A stretch of 64,000 bases of DNA from Antedon mediterranea (Eukaryota; Animalia; Echinodermata). Positions within the stretch are counted from its first letter, which is position 1; each line of letters begins with the position of its first letter. Below, in pieces: positions 1-12,163 of this stretch. The stretch lies in contig NC_092672.1 in the NCBI RefSeq assembly GCF_964355755.1, forward strand, positions 4,340,001 through 4,404,000. The letters are read 5' to 3'. The notes beneath the pieces were generated by a model. That model was not told the origin of the DNA. It made no database searches and saw only the letters and a list, made by a program, of their open reading frames with translations. A program made the translations under genes and the position numbers.

Positions 1-1618
1 TAAAGTTGATACTGTAGACAGAGCTTTACAATACATTTTTTTGTAATACACATTTATTGTTTATGTTCGATGATTTTATGGTATACATATTAGTGTTGCA
101 CTACATGGTTGGGTTGTATTATTATCTTTATGTTATAAAGTGTAGCGCAAAAAAAATATTTGACACCACTAACCATATTATTTATGTTGTATACCCTTGC
201 AATTAGGTAATGACTGAAATAATGGTATACAGCAGTCAAAATTTATAACAAAGGATTAAGGCACAAATAATAATACTATAGGGGTGGGCTGTACCATTGT
301 ATTCTTAGGATGTGTTGTAGAAAGAATAATTTCTATGTTGGAAATAGATAATTGTATAAATACAATATGTTAGGTGCTTAACAGTTGTAACGTAAGCAGG
401 GTGTTGAATATTCATGTGTAAATATTCATGAATATTCATGTGTAAATGATTGACATGAGTGATAATGTAAAATAAATCTGTATATAAGTAATGTTTATAT
501 CATGTTTAAGGTAAACGTTTCCTACAATTATAAAAAAAAATGCTTAAACACTTTTCAACATTTATTTGCATGAAACGTGGCATCAGTGCTGTAAAAAAAA
601 ACTTTTTTCTTTGTGTAAAGCCCTGTCTACACTTTCAAACTATGATGTGCCCAAATATGGTAGTGATATGCTTAAATATGGTAGTGATATGACGCCATCA
701 TGTGCATATATGGGCACATCACGTTTTTTTTCACATAAAGTTTGATAGTGTAAACAGAGCTCAAGGGAGTTGTCGTGTTTTGGTGCCAGTAAGGGGCTCT
801 TCCTGCCTCCAAACAGGAGCACAGCTCTCTACCATACCTCCTACTGAAATTTCTTTCTAGTCCCCCTCTGGCACCAATTCGGGAAAGTACATCCATTCAG
901 GGCTGTAAAGTGTGGCTGTTCGATCAAGGTATAGTTGTTTTTTTTTCTTCTCCCAAATGCTAGTTTCTATTTTTAAACAGTTATACTGTATTATTTGAAT
1001 ATGCTCTTGGGTAAAATACAAGAAAAACAATACAATTATGATAATTATACACACAAGAGCATATAAACAATTATTTACTTACTTAGACCCTGTGAGTGAA
1101 TAACTTTACATAACACCTAATTTACAGTACATTGATGAAATCCACTAGCCTTGAGGTTCACTAACATTTTACAGCCCTGAATGTAGAGTTGAGATATTGC
1201 ACTTGCTACATAGCAATGCTACAGTTTGCAAGCTGCAGTGTCTTAAGGTAATTTTATGTTGTTGCTGAGGCACACTATAATGAGTTACATAAGAAGCCTT
1301 GTAACTTGCTGTTATATGTAAAGCATATGTTGAATAAAAACATCATATTTGACAAAATTGTGCGTAATAAATTTTGTTTATTCTTTAGTTGTATGGTAAT
1401 TTATGTTCCATTTTTGTCAACATTGGACCACTTTTAAGTGACAGTATGAGAATAGACATGATTTATTTTACTTGTATATAAAATCTTTTATTTTTATTGT
1501 TACTACTTTTTTACATGTAAGTAGTAGGCATTCATTTCCAATATAATCATTGTACAATAATCATGCAGTAGGCATTATTTTCACTGATAATCCTAAAGGT
1601 CATTGTATGTCACCAAGT

Positions 1619-4600
1619 TTATTCTATTCGTTCATCTCCTTCCTCTACATCTTTTAAACTGAGCACCTCAACACGACCTTTGCCCTTTGTTCCTGACCTT
1701 ACAAGCTCTTCAACATCTTTATAAACACCTGGATCTACAAGACAAACCAATTCTAGTTCATCGTCAAATTCTTCTGATTCTACTTTTGACATCAACGGTG
1801 CTAGTCTGTCTTTGATCTTCCTTGTTTCCTTGCTTGGTATACCAATTCGTAACCTCATCTGTGCCCGTGCTATTTGGAAGTTGTCCGTTTCTTTCAGCTT
1901 TTTGATAACTTCTAAAGCCTAAAAAATAAAATTAATCAATAAACTAGAAGCAACAATAAAGCAGTAATTAAAACATCTTCCTCTCTCCTTCTATGCACAC
2001 TAAATGGAATTGATCTGCGATTAAAAATAAACAAGATATGATGATTAAAAATCTATATTGGCAAAATAGAATTTTTCTAAGTATAGTACTTGCTTTGTTT
2101 GTTAGCGTCCACAATGTTTAAGTTATCGTCCTGAATGTTTGGGTGTTAATAGCTATATAATTACAGAACAAGTGATATTTCGCAGGATTTCAGCAATTCA
2201 CTTCCCCTTAGGACAACAATGCACTGTTAACAACATAGCTCCGGTACAAGCTCCTAAAATTGCATTTTTCACTATCATATCATTGGTATTTATTCATCGA
2301 TCTCTGTTATCTCATTTACTTAATTGAGTACTTCAATATGGCATCTACCAGATCCAAAGGAAAGAAAGATTCTAAGGTAAAATCTATTGAAGACTTAGGC
2401 AAGGACAAGTCAGGCCCTATCCGTATACAGGACGAAACGACTGAGCCTACAGAACACCGGGAAGCAACGTCGAAATCCCCGGTAATGGGTTCACCGATCG
2501 ATAGTGCCACTTTCAGTACTATTCATAATCTGTTGGCTGATGATCCTGATCTCATATCAATTGTGTCACAAAGCATTAGTAACCACATTTTGTCATCACC
2601 GGATCTCTTTAAAAATATTGTACATGCAATAACAACCAACAAAGTGTTAATTTCTGCAATTAGTAAACATATTTTAGACGCGGTCTCGGAATCTGTTTAC
2701 AACAGCGTAACCATGGACAACGCCGCAACTGCGGGCGACATTGATATAATTCGCCGCGAAAATGAAAATCTTGTAGCAGAAAACCGAACCATGATGGACA
2801 AGATCGACGACTTAGAACAGTATAGTCGACGAAACTGCCTACTTTTGCATGGTATGCCTGAATCACCTAGAGAAGATACTGACGAATTAGCTATTAATTT
2901 AATAGGCTCTAAAATAACAGACAGTATTGAACTAAGCGATCTTGATCGAACTCATCGCCTAGGTAAAAGGAAGTTAGACGCAACAAAATCAAAACCACGG
3001 CCGATTATCATCAAATTTACGTCGTACCGTTCCCGATCAGAAGTCTTTAAAAACAAAAAAATGCTTAAAAAGTCAGGTTTCACAATCACAGAAAACTTAA
3101 CATCTAAACGCCTTAATCTGCTTCATAAGACCTCAAACAATGAAGCTGTGGAAGCCGCATGGTCAATCGACGGGCGTATTACATGCATACTAAAAAGAAA
3201 CAAGAAAAAGATGGTAATCAAATCGGAGTCTGATCTTCGCTGTATCTAAATGATCGCCTTTCAGGACGTTCTTCCTTCATGGATCAACGAACAGATAAGT
3301 ACTCTCGTAACCTTTGTGTTATCTGTTACCAATTGAAACTTAACTTTCATCATATTGACATTTCTGACTCTTTGCATGTAATGTTATTGTCTCAAATCAA
3401 AAGTAATATCATCATAATCATTGCATTGACTTCTTATGACGTTTTCTCATGATTTTCACCTTTTGTATTTTACTTACCCATTTTCGCCATCGATTTCGGC
3501 TTGATTTGTTTGTGTTTTATTTCTCTGTTTTTTGTTTTATGTTATTACCATATTCACACAGAGTATTGACCTTTGTATGCTTCAATATTCAATACGTTTG
3601 TGCTTGGGTGGATGGGTGTTAATGTGTGTGTGATGGTGTGTTTGTGTGTTATATCTTATTGGTATCTTAGTTTTTTTCTTCATTGTTTCTCAGTATAAAA
3701 AATCTTTAAATAATCAGATTACATTGCCATGTGTCATTGCTTTGAACACTATTATCATCCAAGTGTTTAAGTGCCTGATTGCCATATTCATGTAGTTTTC
3801 ATAATTGTTTATACCATTCCATAATGTTCTCTTGTTGTTTTGCAATTTTTAGTTCCTTGCCGGAGTTCTGCTTAACTCGCCTTACTTTGACAGTCTTGTT
3901 TTTATGCATTGTTAATTTTTCTTTTTTCCAATATTCAGTTTGATCTAATATTTGTTTATTTATTTATACAGTGTATATTTATTTATATATATTTTATACA
4001 TATATTTTAAATTATATATTAACTAGTATTTTCACTGAACAGATTTCTCTTTTTATATTTTCATTTTTTACTTGATGTACAACCTTAACGCAGATGACGG
4101 AACATCGTACCACGACCGATTATCAAACATAAACTTCTTCCCCTTGCCCAGCTATTCAGACAACCGTAACATTAACAGGAACCTTGGCAATTCTACATCT
4201 AACATTGATCCCGACTCTAATTTTTTCACCAACAGCAACCACAGTCCCTCCCAATATTATGATCCTAATGAATTTCCTGTTGACTCACTTTCTGATTGCT
4301 TCTCCACTATTCATTTCAACTCTAGAAGCATCCTCAAGCACATTGATGAAATTAAACAACTCCTATCATCCATTAATCTGCCTTTCGATATTATTGGAGT
4401 AAGTGAAACTTGGCTCAAGTACGATAATCCTTTGGTCCAACTCCCAAATTATAATTTTGTCTCTAACCACAGAACCCATAAAGACGGTGGAGGAGTCGCC
4501 ATGTATATCCTTGATACTCTACAATTCTCCATTAGAAGTGACCTACACCCACACCCTTCCAACTGCGAATCCATCTTTATTGAAATTAAACGGCCTCATC

Positions 4601-7600
4601 ACAAAAACATTATAGTGGGTACTGTATATAGACCCCCCTCCTCTGACCCAAATCAATTCTTAATTGAACTTGACATTGTCCTTTCCAATTTAACAAAAGA
4701 AAATAAAAATGTTTATATTCTTGGAGACTTTAACATTGACATTCTTAAACATGAATCCGACAATACTGCCCGTCAATTCATTAACACACTGTTTAGCAAT
4801 CACTATCTTCCACTTATCGACAGACCATCCAGAATAACAAATTCCACAGCCTCATTATTAGATAATATTATTACAAATCAATTTGATTGTTCTCATATAA
4901 GTGGTCTGCTATATAGCGATATCTCTGATCATCTCCCTGTTTTTAATATTTCAAACCTCTCTGATAGTTTTACCACTAGCTCAAACAATGAAGAGATCCC
5001 ATCTCTCAGACAGATTAACAATACGTCTCTTAACAACTTTTACCATGATGTCTCTAATCAAACTTGGTTTGATATCCTTAATTCTAATGATCCTGACTTT
5101 GCTTATGACCTCTTTGATAACACACTTAAAGCCCTTTATGACCAACACTTCCCGTTACTGAAAAGGAACAATACAAACAAGAACAAAAAAATTAAATCTT
5201 GGATGTCAAATGGACTGCTAAAATCAATAAAGTATAAACATAAACTCTATGCAAAATTTCTTCACCGCCCTTCTCCTGCCAATGAAATTAAATATAAACG
5301 ATATCGTAATAAACTTAACTCCACTATCAAAATTGCCAAAAGAATCCACTTTCATGATATTTTCACCAAGCAAAAAAATGATATTAAGGCAACCTGGAAA
5401 TCAATTAACTCTTTATTGAACCATAAAAACCGAAACCAACACAAAGGCAATACCCCTGTCAACTGTAACGGAGTACCAACTAAAGACCCCGTCATTATTT
5501 CTAAAGCATTTAATGATTTTTTTGTCGAAATCGGACCCTCTCTTGCTAACAAAATCCCTCCCAGCAATGTTTCTTTCAAAGAATTTCTTCCTCAACCAAA
5601 TCCGAAATCAATGTTCTTAACCCCCGTCCTAGAAGAGGATATCATAAGAATTATCTCCTCCTTCGATAACAATAAAGCTCCTGGTACTGATGATTTCCAT
5701 ACTAAAGCCATTAAACATGTTATCAACCTTATCTCCCTTCCCTTGTGTCACATTTTTAATCTTGTCCTCTGCAAAGGTGTTTTTCCGAACAGGTTGAAGC
5801 TGGCGCGCGTTACCCCTGTTTACAAATCTGGCCCCAAATCCAACCTTTCTAACTATCGTCCTATCTCCATCCTGTCAATCTTTTCGAAAGCCTTGGAAAG
5901 AATTATCTATGATAGAACATTTTCATTTATCAGCAAACATAACATCCTCTTCAAGAGACAATATGGCTTTAGAAAAGGACATAACACCTCCATGGCTTTG
6001 ATCGACCTCACTAACAAAATTATTCATGCATTCGAAAATCGTCAATTTGGAATCGGACTTTTCATCGACCTTTCCAAGGCTTTCGACACCATTGATCATA
6101 ATATTCTTCTTTTTAAATTGTCTCACTATGGAATCCGAGGACCCGCCTTAAACGTTTTCAAAAGCTATCTCACTAACCGCTCCCAATGTACTAAATATTT
6201 TAACTCTATTTCTAATTTTTGCCCTATCACCTGTGGCGTTCCCCAGGGCTCCTTACTTGGCCCGCTTCTGTTCACCTTTTACATTAATGATATCCACCGA
6301 ACCTCAAACCTGCTAAATTTTTTTCTATATGCTGATGACACTACAGTTTTTCATGCCAACAAAAATATCCAAACTCTTTTTGACACCTTTAATACCAACG
6401 TTATCCCCTTGTCCCAGTACTTTATTGCCAACAAACTCTCCCTCAATCATAATAAATGTAGTTACATCCTATTCGGAACCCCGCAGTTGACTAGAGGTAT
6501 TGATGTGTCCCCATTTAAAGTCGTTATTGATAATCAAGAAATCCCCTCTGTTAAGTATAATAAATTTCTTGGCATTATCATCGACAACTCTCTCTCATGG
6601 AAACCCCATATCCAAGAAATTGAGAACAAAGTGTCTAAGAACCTTGGGATCATTTCTAGGCTTTCTTCCTTCCTCCCAACTAATATTCTCAGGACCCTTT
6701 ATTGCACACTCATCCTTCCTTATTTGAGCTATGGTAACATTGTCTGGGCCAACACTTACCCTTCAAACATCATTAAACTCTCTATCCTACAAAAAAAAGC
6801 TATCAGGACTATATCTGGCGCTCATCCACTGTCACATTCCTCCCACTTATTCTCCAAACTCAATCTTCTCAAACTTTCGGACATTAACCTATCCCAGCAA
6901 GGTGTCTTTGTTTTTTTGGCCACTCACTCACTTCTCCCTTGCCATCTAAACGACCTTTTCGCTCCTAATAATACCGTTCATAAATATTATACTAGAACAA
7001 GAAATAACATATATATCCCTAACCATAACACCAATTATTTTCAACATAGCATTAGATATTCTGGACCTCTATTGTTTAACAATTTACCCCCCTCAATTTC
7101 CTGTGCTGCCAACCGCTATTCATTTAATAATAACATAAAAAATTACCTTTTGTCTCATTACTGATCGATATGATTGATATGGTCGTTTTTTCCATGTTCC
7201 GTGACTTGCTATCTTTATTATTCAATTGTCATCATATTCGCTATATGCCATGCAGCTGTACTTTTTTCTGTTCTTTTTTTATTTTTTATTCCAACTTTTA
7301 TCTACTGGTTTTATATATATTTTGTATTTCTTTATTGTCTAATTAATTTATTTTCTTTATTTATATATATTTTTTTTTTTTTTTTCCTTCTCTTATTTAA
7401 ATATTTTGTAAAGGCAATCCCGTCACAAGATTGTAATCTTTTTGGGATTTGCCTTCGTCCATTTTCTTGTTTTATCACTTGCCATTTTGTTTTTGTTACT
7501 TTTGTCTTTTGGACGTGAATAAATGTTCCTTGAATTGAAAAATTGAATTGAATTGAATTGAATTGTGTTTGGGCTGAAATCCACCTAAAGGAGCGTCGGA

Positions 7601-10600
7601 AAGCCATTATTGGTATTGTCTACCGGTCACCTAATAGTTCACTTCACAATAATATACAAATGTATGTACCTATGAGAGAAGTTTTAAATAAGTCGTGTCC
7701 TACAGTTATAATCGGAGACTTTAATTTTCCAGGTATTGATTGGGAAAATTTAGAGTCTAATTTGGATGGTCAGGATTTTTTGGATTTTGTTCAAGATGCA
7801 TATCTTACCCAACATGTTGAATCAGCGACTAGAGGAAATAACATTTTGGATCTTATTTTAACTAATGAACCTAATATGGTGTCTGATGTTGCTTGTGTTG
7901 GTAGACTTGGGTCTAGTGATCATGATATGCTAGAATTTTGTTGTAATATTGATACGCTGATTAATGATAGTACTGAATATGTCTTTGATTTTAGGAGAGC
8001 CAACTGGAATAATATTAGAGATGTGCTTGTAGAAGTGGATTGGCCCAGCCTAACTGAACTTCCATCTATTTCTGAGTCATGGTCAAAATTTGAAGATGTT
8101 TATAATTCTGTCCTAAGGGATAACATACCTTTAAAATTGAGAAGACACAATAGAAAACCGCCTTTTATCAACAGAAAAGTTATTCGTTCAATTTGGAAAA
8201 AGAGAAAACTATGGAAACGTTACTGTAATTCGAGGGATTCCATAGACTTTGAAATTTATAAGAGATTTTCCAATAGGGTCAAGTCTAAAGTAAAGAGTGC
8301 CAAGAGAAAATTTGAGAAAAAAATTGGCTGATAACTGTAAGCGCGATCCTAAGTCTTTTTATAGTTACATCCGATCCAGTACTAAAACTAAAGATTCAGT
8401 GGGGCCCTTAGTTAATGATGAAGGGAATATAGTTGTTGATGACAAGGAAGCTGCTGAAATTTTAAATAATTACTTTACATCCGTGTTTACAATTGATTCT
8501 AATTTTATTCCACCTAATTTACCTAACGAGTTTGAAAATGATGAGATTTTAACCACTGTACTGTTTACCCCGCAGAGACTCTTAAAATTGATGCAGAAAC
8601 TTAAACCTAACAAATCACCGGGACCTGATCATTTGAGTTCAAGAATTTTGTTGGAGACTGCTGGGGCGGATTGCTATAAGCGGTCTATAAACGGTCTTAG
8701 CGCTTAGCCGGCTATAATTCGTGACGTAGCAAGTAGTCTTTATTTATAGACCATTGCTATACCGCGGTCTGACCTGTAAACGGTCTTTAAAATTAAAGCC
8801 TACTCGAAGGAGTCTTAAAACAGTCTAAACCTCTCTTTTTGTTGCTTTTACGTATTATTTATCGTCAAAGACAACCAATTAAACGAGTTTTAAGTGTTAA
8901 ATCAAATAATAACGGTGATTTTATTCTTATATAGGCCTATGGATTTTCTCGCGTAGAAATGTACGTACTGTTATGATTGTGAATTGAACAAGCGTGACGA
9001 ACATTACCTTATTTGGTATTCTACGCGCAAAGTACGCCCTCAATTTGTTACTTTACGCGGTCTTATCCAAGACTGTTTTATAGCAATGGTCTATCAGGAG
9101 TGGCTTTAATAAGACCGTCTATCTGATAAAGCCGGCTTTAATCGGGGAGTTAAGACCGATCAGTTAAGACTGTTTTATAGCAATCCACCCCTAGTGTTAT
9201 TGCGACTCCTTTAGCCCGTATATTTCAGAGATGTTTTGACGAAAATTAAGTTCCTCCTTTATGGAAGAAAGCCAATGTTTCCCCTATTTTTAAAAAAGGA
9301 TCTAAGAAATCACCGGCAAACTATAGGCCTGTTAGTTTAACTTCCCATTTTTGTAAATTGATGGAATCTGTCTTGAGGGATGACATTGATCATCTTGACT
9401 CGTTACATTTACTGAATACATCCCAACATGGGTTCTTGAAAGGAAGATCTTGTCTGACAAATTTACTAATGTTTCTTGAGAAGGTGACATGATATTGACC
9501 AGGGTTTACCAGTAGATGTAATTTATTTTGATTTCCAAAAGGCCTTCGATAAAGTTTCTCATGTAAGGTTGATGAATAAAGTTTTGGCTCATGGTATTGA
9601 AGGTCCATTTGGCATGTGGATACAAAACTGGCTTAGTGATAGATCTCAAAGGGTTGTTGTGAATGGTAGGAAATCTGAGTGGGCCCCTGTTCATAGTGGT
9701 GTGCCTCAGGGTTCGGTCCTCGGACCGGTGCTTTTTCTCATTTTTATTGATGACATAGATTTTTCCATTGATTCTTCATTGTTGAAATTTGCTGATGACA
9801 TTAAATTGTTTGGAAGTGTGCGTTCCGAGGTTGATCCTGAAGTACTACAAAATGATATTGACAAGTTATCACTTTGGTGTCGTGAATCCCTAAAGAGCTT
9901 TAATAGTAGTAAATGCAATGTCATGCACTTAGGATTTAATAATCCGAATCATTCTTATGAACTTGATGGGGTTATCCTAAATGAAGTAACAGAACAAAAA
10001 GACTTGGGAGTGATTATTGATAAATCTCTTAAGACTAGTAAACAATGTGTAGCAGCAGCCAAAACAGCTAATCGAGTTTTAGGTACTATTAAAAGATCCA
10101 TTAAATATAAATCAGTTGATATGATTAAATCGCTTTATATTGGATTAGTCAGGCCTCATCTCGAATTTGCAGTCCAGGCATGGTCTCCTCAACTAAGGAA
10201 AGACATTCTTTTATTAGAAAAAGTTCAGAGGAGAGCAACTAGGCTACCACCTAGTTTGCATGGCATGCCCTATGCAGATAGGTTAAAAGTTTTTAATTTA
10301 ACAACCTTAGAAGAAAGACGACACAGAGGGGACATGATTCAAACATATAATTTTCTTTCTAACAAAGAGGCTATTGATAGTGATTTACTTTTTCAAAAGT
10401 CTGAATATACCGCCACTAGGGGTCATAAACATAAATTGAAAAAGAATAATGCTCGATTAAATTGCCGTAGTCATTTTTTTACCCAACGAGTCGTAAATTC
10501 ATGGAATGCTCTCCCTGCCAGTACAGTAGAAGTTGACACAACCATACTATTTAAAAGAAAATTTCAGAAGACGAGGGGGGCTAATAGAGGGCCACGACCG

Positions 10601-11915
10601 GCCCACCAGCCTCTTGCACCACTCATTTAGAGTGGTGTACGGTGAGTTACGGTGAGTTACATGCCTATTGATTTTCAAGAAAATTGATATATTGGTGATG
10701 TCACAAAAGCTTATACTGTACAGTGTTAAAGTCTGACTTGCCTGTATCTTCCATATGAGATATGATATAGCACGCCCTCTGTATTCCCTGATATATTTTG
10801 TCAAGTATTTTACTCGGTTTCTGAGTGTATTCATTTATTATAGTTAGTACTAATAATTAATCCAATACTAACCTGTTGTTTAGCATTTCTTGTTGGTTTA
10901 ACCGCATAGTGTACATCTTTCATAGCCCTTTCTATGATACCAACTGTGTAGGGGCGTTTTGTCTCCGGATTGATGCATTTATCGGCTACAATTGTTGCTA
11001 TATCTCTGAACATCGACTCCAATTGTTGATGCCGCTCTTTTTCAGACACTTGTAGTTCTCCTTTTGCTAAAATCTAAATGAAATATATTAAATTTATTAA
11101 TATTAATAATGTATATGTAATGAAAAAAAGGAATCTAAGTTTGACCATGACTGATTAAGCCTTGTCTACATTAGCAAATTTTATATGACATAAAATGTGA
11201 TGTTCCTATATATATGGATGGACATGATGATGTCATATCGCTACCATATTTGGGAATATCACTACCATATTTGGGCACATCACACTTTTTTTGTCAAACT
11301 AGTTGATAGTGTAGACAGATCTTTATGTATACATAGGCCTTGTAACTTCTGCTATTGCTGTACCTTCAAGCAGATTTCTGTTGAGTCTTCTGTGGAGAAT
11401 GCTTTCTGTAAGTCTTCTTTCTTTGCAACTTGTCCTTTCGATACATTCGTGAATATTGTATGGGTTTGTAAAACCTCATCAATATCTTTTTCACTTTGAA
11501 TTGAAGACAAAAATAGTATTGATTAATAATGACTGAAATGAATATAAAATTATTAAAAATATTCTTTTTGTACAATTAATAATTAACACGAGAAAAAGCA
11601 GCGTAATCTTGCGCATCAAAATATTTTCAACTTAGGCCCTATGTCTACCCCCACCACCCTAGGCATATGTCGAGCTAGATGGATGGAAAATCCCACGGAG
11701 GGAAATCCACTGCCGTTCACGTCGGCCTACGTACTCTACTACTACTGCCTAGCTAGCCTAGACTATAGAGAGAGAGGTTTTACTTACACTTTGTTGCGCC
11801 ATGATATAACTTTATTTTTATAACAAGCAATCTCAAAACGCTTCCCTGCTTTTTTCATACGAACTATTGCTATGTTCGTTAATCTAATCTGATTTGTTGG
11901 CGTAAATATTGACAT
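1619..11915 (-). CDS. SBDS: Ribosome maturation factor SBDS (252 aa, 4 coding exons)
   Basis: Exons 11915-11788, 11493-11364, 11073-10873, 1918-1619 (128+130+201+300 = 759 nt), all GT-AG and in frame. Translation [36 protein letters not shown]...[11 protein letters not shown]...[14 protein letters not shown]...RAQMRLRI is typical SBDS. Confidence 0.97.
2338..3249 (+). CDS. LINE ORF1p (coiled coil + RRM + CTD, L1-ORF1/Transposase_22-like), 303 aa
   Basis: ATG at 2338. Motifs [39 protein letters not shown] and AWSIDGRI are typical of LINE ORF1. Confidence 0.88.
   Translation: MASTRSKGKKDSKVKSIEDLGKDKSGPIRIQDETTEPTEHREATSKSPVMGSPIDSATFSTIHNLLADDPDLISIVSQSISNHILSSPDLFKNIVHAITTNKVLISAISKHILDAVSESVYNSVTMDNAATAGDIDIIRRENENLVAENRTMMDKIDDLEQYSRRNCLLLHGMPESPREDTDELAINLIGSKITDSIELSDLDRTHRLGKRKLDATKSKPRPIIIKFTSYRSRSEVFKNKKMLKKSGFTITENLTSKRLNLLHKTSNNEAVEAAWSIDGRITCILKRNKKKMVIKSESDLRCI
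4075..7164 (+). CDS. LINE ORF2p: AP endonuclease + reverse transcriptase, 1029 aa, uninterrupted
   Basis: APE motifs GVSETWL, GGGVAMY, GTVYRPP, LGDFN, LDNI, SDHLP. RT motifs [42 protein letters not shown]. Confidence 0.95.
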   Translation: MYNLNADDGTSYHDRLSNINFFPLPSYSDNRNINRNLGNSTSNIDPDSNFFTNSNHSPSQYYDPNEFPVDSLSDCFSTIHFNSRSILKHIDEIKQLLSSINLPFDIIGVSETWLKYDNPLVQLPNYNFVSNHRTHKDGGGVAMYILDTLQFSIRSDLHPHPSNCESIFIEIKRPHHKNIIVGTVYRPPSSDPNQFLIELDIVLSNLTKENKNVYILGDFNIDILKHESDNTARQFINTLFSNHYLPLIDRPSRITNSTASLLDNIITNQFDCSHISGLLYSDISDHLPVFNISNLSDSFTTSSNNEEIPSLRQINNTSLNNFYHDVSNQTWFDILNSNDPDFAYDLFDNTLKALYDQHFPLLKRNNTNKNKKIKSWMSNGLLKSIKYKHKLYAKFLHRPSPANEIKYKRYRNKLNSTIKIAKRIHFHDIFTKQKNDIKATWKSINSLLNHKNRNQHKGNTPVNCNGVPTKDPVIISKAFNDFFVEIGPSLANKIPPSNVSFKEFLPQPNPKSMFLTPVLEEDIIRIISSFDNNKAPGTDDFHTKAIKHVINLISLPLCHIFNLVLCKGVFPNRLKLARVTPVYKSGPKSNLSNYRPISILSIFSKALERIIYDRTFSFISKHNILFKRQYGFRKGHNTSMALIDLTNKIIHAFENRQFGIGLFIDLSKAFDTIDHNILLFKLSHYGIRGPALNVFKSYLTNRSQCTKYFNSISNFCPITCGVPQGSLLGPLLFTFYINDIHRTSNLLNFFLYADDTTVFHANKNIQTLFDTFNTNVIPLSQYFIANKLSLNHNKCSYILFGTPQLTRGIDVSPFKVVIDNQEIPSVKYNKFLGIIIDNSLSWKPHIQEIENKVSKNLGIISRLSSFLPTNILRTLYCTLILPYLSYGNIVWANTYPSNIIKLSILQKKAIRTISGAHPLSHSSHLFSKLNLLKLSDINLSQQGVFVFLATHSLLPCHLNDLFAPNNTVHKYYTRTRNNIYIPNHNTNYFQHSIRYSGPLLFNNLPPSISCAANRYSFNNNIKNYLLSHY
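7566..10660 (+). mobile_element. Degenerate 5'-truncated CR1-clade LINE (APE-RT pseudogene) interrupted by a MITE
   Basis: Fragments YRSPNS/GDFN/SSDH (7558-8331), a frameshift near 8320, PGPD (8297-8662), then [13 protein letters not shown] (9193-9490, in-frame stops at 9248 and ~9490), and [21 protein letters not shown] (9569-10630). The 3' end has hairpin CACCACTC-ATTTA-GAGTGGTG and a (GGTGAGTTAC)x2 tail. Confidence 0.92.
8664..9190. mobile_element. MITE (PIF/Harbinger-like) inserted in the CR1 RT region
   Basis: TIR GGGCGGATTGCTATAA / TTATAGCAATCCACCC (1 mismatch); flanks CTG / CTA (imperfect 3-bp TSD). Removing it restores the CR1 frame [17 protein letters not shown]. Confidence 0.85.
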
Positions 11916-12163
11916 TTTGGAGAATGTTTTACTAAAAAATGTGAGCAGGGTGTATTGCACAATCAACCAAAACAAAAACAATAGCTTTCAAATTATTTTC
12001 TGAAAATATCGCCACCAATATGTTAGTTATTTTTAGTAAAGCTACCTACCAGAAAATCACTGAAGCATAGCAAGAATAGTACAACTCAGATTTTTCCGAG
12101 GAAAAATCCGATTAACTTTTAGACTTTCAACATGATAACATAAAATAAAAAATAAACCAAATC
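11916..12163. promoter_or_regulatory. Probable bidirectional promoter between SBDS and the clathrin-terminal-domain gene
   Basis: Divergent ATGs only 248 bp apart; TSS positions not determined. Confidence 0.55.

Larger units (their letters stand above)
2144..7565 (+). mobile_element. Apparently intact two-ORF non-LTR retrotransposon (CR1 group, L2/Crack-like) in SBDS intron 3, antisense to the host gene
   Basis: ORF1, ~820 nt T-rich spacer, APE-RT ORF2, structured 3' UTR, AATAAA at 7518 and an (AATTG)n tail to 7565. Candidate 8-bp TSD TGTTTGGG at 2136-2143 and 7566-7573. Confidence 0.9.

Noticed and set aside
7174-7607. Hydrophobic 114-aa and basic 91-aa ORFs
   Set aside because: Translations of the T-rich LINE 3' UTR.
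11197-11499. Recurrent short ORFs with YHYHIW/SLPYLG motifs (also at 640, 672, 45480, 51275, 53313)
   Set aside because: All are translations of the high-copy MITE, not a peptide family.
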